From the NCBI RefSeq assembly GCF_000150275.1, contig NW_002061092.1, positions 1-6,006 of the forward strand: 6,006 nt of DNA. The letters run 5' to 3'. The first letter of the stretch is position 1, and the number at the start of each line of letters is the position of its first letter. Shown here piece by piece: positions 1 through 6,006 of this stretch. Origin of the DNA: Trichoplax adhaerens (lineage: Eukaryota > Animalia > Placozoa). Under the pieces are notes generated by a model. It ran no database searches. It had not been told where the DNA came from and saw only the letters and a list, made by a program, of their open reading frames with translations. Made by a program: the position numbers and the translations under genes.

Positions 1-1219
1 CTGCACTTTATCTGTAATATTACGAAGTCTTAAGAAGTTAACCAACTATATAAAAAGAAATAAAACACCAGATCGGCAAGAATTAAATCACCTGGTTATA
101 TCATAAAACAGACGCTAGTATATTCAGCATTGTACTAATATTTAAAATTTGATACTAACTCTAGGATTTTAACATTCACTATGCCTCTCTCTGTACAGTA
201 TATAGCAGACATTCATCCTGTGTTTTAGTGTATTTTATTTTAATCGCAACTATTCAGTATCACCCACTACTCCCATCCTTACTATCAATTGCTGTTGAAA
301 TAAAGTAAGAATCATTCGTTAAAATTAAGAAGTTAGAGGACAGAGAAAAAGTAAATTTAACTATTATTTCTGTGTATCAATGAGTTATTTTCAAAACCGA
401 AATTGAGGATCAATATGTATGTAAATATATATACGAGTATAAATATAAGCATATCGTACAATAAATAGATGCGAAGTCAAGTCTTGAATAGTCATAGAAA
501 TCTCTAATAAGAGTATAAAAACAACTAATCTTTACACGTATTAATAACGAGTTCTATAAATTTATAATCAATGAACTTCTTACAATACTTTGATATTACT
601 CGTATTCTTTGTAATAATAGCATACAAGTGTATTGTACACTCCCAAATCTATAGATTCATTAGTTAACTTTTATTTAAACGCTACGTCGTGAACTTAATC
701 AATAGACAACTAATAATCACAGCATTCTATAGGGAACCTGAACTACTTCGTACTGTATACACTATACAGTAGTATATTAAGAGATCGATTAATGATAAAA
801 GTGATAAATTAATTACTAATGATTTAGAGACTAATAGTCTAACGCATTACTATAATCATTTTCGATATCTTGGGGTATTGATAATAAGAGGTACGTATGT
901 TTAATCATCATTTTATGTAAACGATCGCTAGTTTTTATAAAAATTAATTAAAAGTTGTTTTGCATATGACCTAGTACCTGTATATTATTAATGTAATGGG
1001 GAATGTAATGGTTTATGACCATGTCAGGTACAGTGTCAAAAGGTGTAAAAAAAAGACCATTAAACCTTACATAACGGAAGGTTTGACGTGAGCTTAATGA
1101 TAACATACTACTAAATTAAAGATCAGGTGTATTCTATGTTTTGATTTTTATCTGCTATACTGTATTGATGTAGAGTAAAGATAGGTTGATGTGAAATAAT
1201 GTTTAGTAAGTAGAACGGA

Positions 1220-1622
1220 NNNNNNNNNNNNNNNNNNNNNNNNNNNNNNNNNNNNNNNNNNNNNNNNNNNNNNNNNNNNNNNNNNNNNNNNNNNNNNNNN
1301 NNNNNNNNNNNNNNNNNNNNNNNNNNNNNNNNNNNNNNNNNNNNNNNNNNNNNNNNNNNNNNNNNNNNNNNNNNNNNNNNNNNNNNNNNNNNNNNNNNNN
1401 NNNNNNNNNNNNNNNNNNNNNNNNNNNNNNNNNNNNNNNNNNNNNNNNNNNNNNNNNNNNNNNNNNNNNNNNNNNNNNNNNNNNNNNNNNNNNNNNNNNN
1501 NNNNNNNNNNNNNNNNNNNNNNNNNNNNNNNNNNNNNNNNNNNNNNNNNNNNNNNNNNNNNNNNNNNNNNNNNNNNNNNNNNNNNNNNNNNNNNNNNNNN
1601 NNNNNNNNNNNNNNNNNNNNNN
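1220..1622. other. Assembly (scaffold) gap, 403 N
   Basis: Continuous run of N from 1220 to 1622, seen directly. Confidence 0.99.
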
Positions 1623-1749
1623 AATATCTTTATAAAAATATCTATTCGAACAATATAAATTTGGTGTACTTTATATAACGAGTATATTTGATTAATTATA
1701 CACCAAATTATCAGTGAGGAAAGTGGTTTCCAATTAGTAATTGAACAAT

Positions 1750-2340
1750 TTAACTTCCTCTTGCGAAAAAAATTTAAGGCGTTCTTGAATGATCAACTAT
1801 TTACTAGCTGCAGAAACTGATCATATATCTGGAACGTAGTAGTTTTCTTAGTGGCATAGAGGGCAACGAAGCTGCTTAATTAATAACCGATTTAGGACCT
1901 TTAAATCTCGCGTATGTTAGAGTATTAAATTTCAAAGTATTCTCATATTAAACTTACAATCATGTGTTTACGTCTATCCTCATTCTTGCTTTACTATTGT
2001 ATAGTAGTAATATTAGTACTTTCTCAAGATATAACGCATGGACTACTAGAGAAAATTCTTCTACTAAGTTCTTCTTTCTAATAGTCCTTACATGTAATAA
2101 TTAAGTAACTATCTCGTTAGATGGACTGATTTACTGGTTAGTATAGAAGGTGGTAATATAGTATTGCGTATGTAAATACTGTACTGTACGAGTATATACA
2201 GAACCAAGACTATGACTCTATGAGGACTCCGTCAAGAGAAGCTGTACTTGCCCGTAGCTTATCCAGTACGGTGCTGTCATGGTGCTACGAAGATGTTTCG
2301 CCACCGATGGACAAAAATGCTTCATTTCTTTGTCTTAGCC
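1750..2340 (+). mobile_element. Highly degenerate non-LTR retrotransposon (LINE, Tad1/I-clade-like) ORF2 3' relic: RNase H domain and downstream His/Cys region
   Basis: Frame +2 at 1853-1897 reads GIEGNEAA*LITDLG, matching the RNase H C-terminal motif (GH.GI.GNE.AD.LA) of RNase H-bearing LINEs. Upstream, frame +1 at 1750-1830 reads LTSSCEKNLRRS*MINYLLAAETDHIS. Downstream, frame +1 at 2242-2340 reads LYLPVAYPVRCCHGATKMFRHRWTKMLHFFVLA, resembling the post-RNase H 'L.LPR...RTGHG...H...HF' segment of fungal Tad1-like ORF2 (recalled consensus, not aligned). Multiple stops and frameshifts; boundaries approximate. Confidence 0.6.
2040..2087. repeat. 48-bp foldback (imperfect inverted repeat), possible micro-MITE
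   Basis: GGACTACTAGA (2040-2050) pairs with TCTAATAGTCC (2077-2087; reverse complement GGACTATTAGA), 10/11 match. The arms resemble those of the 4598-4648 element. Confidence 0.5.
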
Positions 2341-3135
2341 TATGCATTCGGGCTTAACAAAGACGGTAATAGATTTTAAATCTTTATTATTAACCTATAG
2401 TTCTGGCTAAACTATTATGGATATAATACGTAGATGACGTTGCAGTACACTCTTGCATTTCCTTACAGCATTTAGAAAAGATTTTTAAATGCCACACTAA
2501 CGCTTACTTAAAATCTGTCAACGCTAGTGAAAAGCTTATTTACCACTAGAGAAATTAAATCTATAGGTCGGATAATTTCTGCATACTAGCACGTTATTTT
2601 GATGAAATGGTCACAACAGTCTACAGACAGGAAAATCTGATGGAACCACGTGCAATACTTCGGTAGTGAATACTTGTAGAGGTAATGTAGTGCATACGGT
2701 ATAGGCGTCGCTAGGATTTTTCACTCGCATTTTCATGTCTTTTCACTACCATCTTTTAGCCAAAACAGGATTGGGTCATTGCGAGTATTTTATGTCCTTT
2801 CTAAATACAGTACTGTAGTAAATAATTTGCTCAATTATAGCAGGAAGGGTTCAAAAATCAATATTAGAGATTTGTAGAGTTTACACTAACTCTATGATTA
2901 GCGTAGTATCATTACAGTATGCAATTACTGTATACTCAAGATTACATGTAGATCCAATCCTTTCGATCGCAAACTACCGACTGATTGTTAGTGATACTTT
3001 ATTGTCAAGGTGATTGTTATTTAGTCAACGTCAAAAGTATCGATTCCTTTTACCCCTATAATACCTTCTACATCATGGAATTGTTAAAATTAAAGAGAAA
3101 GTTGCATACTCTGAGATAGGTCAGCACTTATATAG

Positions 3136-3157
3136 TACAGTACTGTACAGTACTGTA
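3136..3157. repeat. 22-bp perfect palindrome TACAGTACTGTACAGTACTGTA (alternating CAGTA/CTGTA units)
   Basis: Self-complementary 22-mer; an identical copy lies at 4762-4783. Confidence 0.95.
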
Positions 3158-3200
3158 GATAAGCCCCCATCTTTCAAAATTTCTCATGCTATCTACAGTA
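3151..3200. repeat. 50-bp foldback with 11-bp perfect inverted ends
   Basis: TACTGTAGATA (3151-3161) is the exact reverse complement of TATCTACAGTA (3190-3200). Seven of the 11 bp are the abundant TACWGTA motif, which lowers significance. Confidence 0.5.
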
Positions 3201-3594
3201 TTCAACGAGATATAGTTAATACGTAAGATTTAATTAATACTGTATTGAAGTGCATGCATAATAGGTTGTCTTTTGTTATACTGAGATAGTACCGTACCGG
3301 ACAGCTGGGTGTGGGATTATGCGAACGACAACTGTAGAACTGTATAAGATCATCTAACAACAACATGCAATGCCGCATGCATACAGATAACAAATCTCTA
3401 GGCGAGGTCAAAATAAATAAGAAAGAATATTCATTTACGTTATGGTTAATTTTTTGTATTTGACTGAACCGATTACCGGATACTGATAATATGTAATTTG
3501 CATCGAATTGAAGTTACCAGCTTGAGCTTGATAGTACAGTAATAAGGGGGCAAGGACAGACAACGCTTATACGCCTAAATTAAAATTGGATTAA

Positions 3595-3740
3595 TTATAA
3601 ATAGTAGTAATGCTTTACCGTTTGGGTTTTACTGCAGCCAGTTTTACCAATAACCACTATCGTATTTTCCTTGACATAGGTCCGGATTGGACTTGGTAGT
3701 TCAGTTGCCATCGTAAAACTGATTTACTGCAACTTCTTGT
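3595..3740 (-). pseudogene. Possible decayed gene fragment: Walker-A/DEAH helicase motif I-like (alternatively glutaredoxin N-terminus-like)
   Basis: Minus-strand ORF 3711..3595 = MATELPSPIRTYVKENTIVVIGKTGCSKTQTVKHYYYL*. ENTIVVIGKTGCSKTQ resembles the DEAH motif I context (N.V.VVVGETGSGKTTQ), but the conserved GKT is SKT. Only 38 aa. Confidence 0.3.
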
Positions 3741-4041
3741 GGCTCAACCGCACCACTTTTGCGTCCCTATAACGGTTGTACAGTACAGTGCAGTATTGTA
3801 CATACAACCTATCGGTGTTGCACACGGTACTACAGTACCAGGTACCACCAACAGGCAGCCGGCGTTTCACTGTGACCAAAGTATGAACCACTAAAAGAAA
3901 GCCGGTTTACTTTGAGTAGTCCATGACTGTATACAGTACTGCACATTTTTAGATACCCTTTTAGAGTCTCTAATAAAAATATATATAATATACAGTACTG
4001 TAATAATAAGGGTCTCTCCTGCACGTTACCGTAGATCGTTC

Positions 4042-4061
4042 ATTCGTGACTATTCGTGACT
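4042..4061. repeat. Exact 10-bp tandem duplication (ATTCGTGACT)x2
   Basis: 4042-4051 is identical to 4052-4061. Confidence 0.9.
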
Positions 4062-4067
4062 GCGGTC

Positions 4068-4180
4068 TACTGTATTGTACTGTGCTGTACACTGTAGTTT
4101 ACTACCCTGTATACTGTACTGTACAGTACAATACAGTACAATATAACGGCGCACGTTACAGTACATTGTACTGTACAGTA
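4068..4180. repeat. Dense cluster of CAGTA/CTGTA pentamer units (imperfect simple repeat)
   Basis: Eight TACWGTA heptamers (4068, 4092, 4097, 4102, 4112, 4157, 4169, 4174) plus degenerate copies. Confidence 0.9.
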
Positions 4181-4199
4181 TATCTTTGATGTCAACCTT

Positions 4200-4410
4200 T
4201 GTCAGTGTCAGGAGTTCAGTTAACAATGAGAAATGAAAGGTGAGGGAGAATCAGTTTATTAGGAACAAATAGCAAGAGAATCACAAATGAAGGACAGAGT
4301 GCATGTGGAAGGATTGCAACAGAACTGAATTCTTAATTGATTGTTCTGCTTATATATTCTAGGTTGCAATATTGTATAGGAACAAATACAGAGATCACAA
4401 CTATGCATGT
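4200..4410 (-). mobile_element. Possible solo-LTR remnant (or promoter-like segment) with an internal diverged direct repeat
   Basis: The minus strand carries TATATAAG (4356-4349), a pyrimidine-rich tract, AATAAA (4260-4255) and a ...CTGACA end (4205-4200), which is the U3-R-U5 order of an LTR. Internal repeat TAGGAACAAATA at 4260-4271 and 4377-4388. No matching second terminus or TSD identified. Confidence 0.3.
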
Positions 4411-4422
4411 ACCACTAGACTA

Positions 4423-4461
4423 TACAGTACTGTACAGTGTACAGTACAGTACAGTACTGTA
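4423..4461. repeat. Mixed CAGTA/CTGTA pentamer run
   Basis: TACAGTACTGTACAGTGTACAGTACAGTACAGTACTGTA seen directly. Confidence 0.92.
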
Positions 4462-4597
4462 TGTGACACAGTACTACAGCATACACTGTACCATCATTTT
4501 GAACCTCTCTACTGAATCAATCAATCAAAATTTTTTAGAGTGAAATTTCTCGGGCGTCGGACTATAGATAAATACGAATGAAGAAGATCTCTTGATA

Positions 4598-4648
4598 TAT
4601 CCAGGGGCTTCCAAGAGAAAATTTTGTTTCTCTTAGCAGTCCCTGATA
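4598..4648. mobile_element. 47-bp foldback element flanked by TA dinucleotides; candidate Tc1/mariner-type micro-MITE
   Basis: TA-TCCAGGGGCTTCCAAGAGAAA-ATTTTG-TTTCTCTTAGCAGTCCCTGA-TA. 4602-4620 pairs with 4627-4645 (16/19 Watson-Crick, plus one G-T), with a 6-nt loop. TA at 4598-4599 and 4647-4648. The hairpin is seen directly; the MITE call is inference. Confidence 0.5.
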
Positions 4649-4700
4649 CATCTTAAGATGCATCACAAATAACTAACACGGATCTCTATGCAAAATGACG

Positions 4701-4783
4701 TACTGTACAGTGTACAGTGCAGAGTACATTTATTATAGTACTGTACAGTATTCATTGTCATTACAGTACTGTACAGTACTGTA
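4701..4783. repeat. CAGTA/CTGTA pentamer cluster including the 22-bp palindrome at 4762-4783
   Basis: Seven TACWGTA heptamers (4701, 4739, 4744, 4762, 4767, 4772, 4777). Confidence 0.9.
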
Positions 4784-4833
4784 GTTGAGATTTTAATTAA
4801 TTAATTCGCATTTGTTATTCAGTAATATTGATA

Positions 4834-4855
4834 TACTGTACTGTACTGTACAGTA
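4834..4855. repeat. TA(CTGTA)3 CAGTA run
   Basis: TACTGTACTGTACTGTACAGTA; oriented opposite to the 4876-4930 array across a T-rich spacer. Confidence 0.92.
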
Positions 4856-4875
4856 TTTATTTATTTTTTTTTATT

Positions 4876-4930
4876 GTACAGTACGGTACAGTACGGTACA
4901 GTACGGTACAGTACAGTACAGTACAGTACT
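4876..4930. repeat. Pentanucleotide microsatellite with a higher-order 10-mer: (GTACAGTACG)3(GTACA)4 GTACT
   Basis: Eleven consecutive GTACN units read directly from the sequence. Confidence 0.97.
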
Positions 4931-5086
4931 GCACAACCAAAAGCAAGGTAGCAGCAGATGATAGAGCATAGTACTGCAGTTAAGCAAGCGAATTTGCATC
5001 AAAGAATAAAAATTACTGTAACAAAATCTTGGACTAAGGATATTTGTGCTTGATTGCACCAATAGTAATAATTATTAAGAGTGCTT

Positions 5087-5374
5087 ATGTATAGACGATA
5101 TTTTACATCGGGTAGTGAAGCAAGCCGAGGCAAGATTACAATTCTGGAACGAGCTAAATTAAAATTGGCTACGACGATTATCAAACGCTACCCTCGCGGA
5201 TTTTCGTCGCTAGCCGGATTGCGATTTTTCATTTTGATCGCTTTCCTATCTTTATTAGTCATCATTACCACTTTAATTGTACTTATCTTAAGGACTACTA
5301 GTGGAGCATTTACGGAAGTTGACAGCAATAACTTTGACATTGATTTCCCTGGCTTCGAGAATCGATTATTCTAA
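5087..5374 (+). CDS. Hypothetical small single-pass membrane protein (95 aa from ATG), or exon/pseudogene fragment
   Basis: Longest ORF in the window; ATG at 5087, TAA at 5372-5374. Basic N-terminus, a 22-residue hydrophobic stretch FFILIAFLSLLVIITTLIVLIL and an acidic C-terminus. The region is free of TACWGTA and more CpG-rich than its flanks. No recognisable family. Confidence 0.25.
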   Translation: MYRRYFTSGSEASRGKITILERAKLKLATTIIKRYPRGFSSLAGLRFFILIAFLSLLVIITTLIVLILRTTSGAFTEVDSNNFDIDFPGFENRLF

Positions 5375-6006
5375 TAAACATGGATGAAGATACGATGAAT
5401 GCCGGTGAGATATTTGAGACAGTACAATTGGTAGACTTGTAATGATTTTAACGTTTGTAAATTTTACTGACATGTTACCATACCGAATAATGAATAAAAG
5501 TTAATGTACTTTGACGAGAAGTATCATAGAAATATCTGACTGTATGTTAAACGTATACTTATATGCTTTGCGTCGACTACAGAACTAAAGACAATACTGT
5601 ATACTAGAGCAGTCACTGTCAGTATATGTAAACTACTGTACAATGTGATAAAAACGTTGGTTATAATATACTGTATAATAAACAAGCACTACAGTACAGG
5701 TATATGAGTGATCGAAATTGTTGATGATATATTACTATATCCTAAGCCTATATTAACGGTACATCAATCTCTATAAACTTAAAAATTATGGCGGTAAAGC
5801 TTTTGAAAAGTTGATACAGCTTTTATCAATAACTGTAACATAGTGTTGAATCCCAGTATACGCTTGTTAACTGCAATACTAAAAGCTTTTAATCAAAGGT
5901 ATTAGATATCTACTGTATTGTCAGACGTAAATACTATGCTATTTTTATAGCGAATATTGGTAAACTTATTCTTTTTATACCGAAAAGGATTCGCATGCTC
6001 TACCTG

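Noticed and set aside
990-1031. AATGTAATGG direct repeat (990-999, 1002-1011) and nearby GTACCTG (973-979)/CAGGTAC (1025-1031) inverted pair
   Set aside because: Short repeats within chance or local slippage expectation in AT-rich DNA.
1-1219. RIP (repeat-induced point mutation) as the cause of AT/TpA richness
   Set aside because: TpA looks abundant, but CpA/TpG remain common and I cannot compute RIP indices or align to a consensus; left unclaimed.
2637-2665. Minus-strand YRSIARGSI resembling Copia RT 'YRSIVGSL'
   Set aside because: Isolated short match with no flanking Copia motifs.
3202-3411. 69-aa minus-strand ORF from the track
   Set aside because: Non-ATG start, no recognisable motif; length expected by chance.
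3830-4024. 64-aa minus-strand ORF
   Set aside because: Non-ATG start; spans TACAGTACTGTA and TA-rich repeats; no family resemblance.
4337-4543. 68-aa plus-strand ORF
   Set aside because: YTVLYSVQYSTVL is just the translation of stop-free CAGTA repeats.
3136-4930. CRISPR-like array of palindromic repeats
   Set aside because: Units are 5-mers with irregular spacing, there are no constant-length spacers or cas genes, and the context looks eukaryotic.
4876-4930. Telomeric repeat
   Set aside because: Internal position, short, not G-rich, and the motif occurs in both orientations throughout the window.
4871-5062. 63-aa Cys/Tyr-rich minus-strand ORF (could be mistaken for a small Cys-rich effector)
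   Set aside because: The CTVLYCTVPYCTV periodicity derives from the pentamer microsatellite; no signal peptide.
4999-5184. 61-aa minus-strand ORF
   Set aside because: Non-ATG start, overlaps the longer plus-strand ORF, no motifs.
5081-5374. Alternative genetic code (TAA/TAG = Gln) making the antisense frame an open gene
   Set aside because: The read-through peptide is unrecognisable, and the LINE relic suggests a fungal, standard-code host; mutational decay or chance is simpler.

Overview
AT-rich, essentially non-coding DNA that looks eukaryotic (probably fungal; inferred), with a 403-nt scaffold gap at 1220-1622. I see no intact, recognisable gene, RNA gene or CRISPR array. The window looks like decayed transposon debris. 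(1) There is a degraded non-LTR retrotransposon 3' region at about 1750-2340 with an RNase H motif, GIEGNEAA*LITDLG. (2) TACAGTA/TACTGTA is strongly over-represented (about 60 copies by manual count, about 1-2 expected), occurring as singletons, mixed-orientation runs and microsatellites. This heptamer is the canonical Tc1/mariner excision footprint. (3) There are three ~50-bp foldback elements, two with related arms. (4) A solo-LTR-like segment may lie at about 4200-4410. (5) A minus-strand P-loop/DEAH-like (or glutaredoxin-like) fragment lies at about 3600-3740. (6) A 95-codon ORF with one predicted transmembrane segment lies at 5087-5374. Most supplied ORFs are artefacts of the repeats. I find no strong evidence for a novel protein-coding system. 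The most interesting signals are the apparent footprint-to-microsatellite process and the tiny foldback family.
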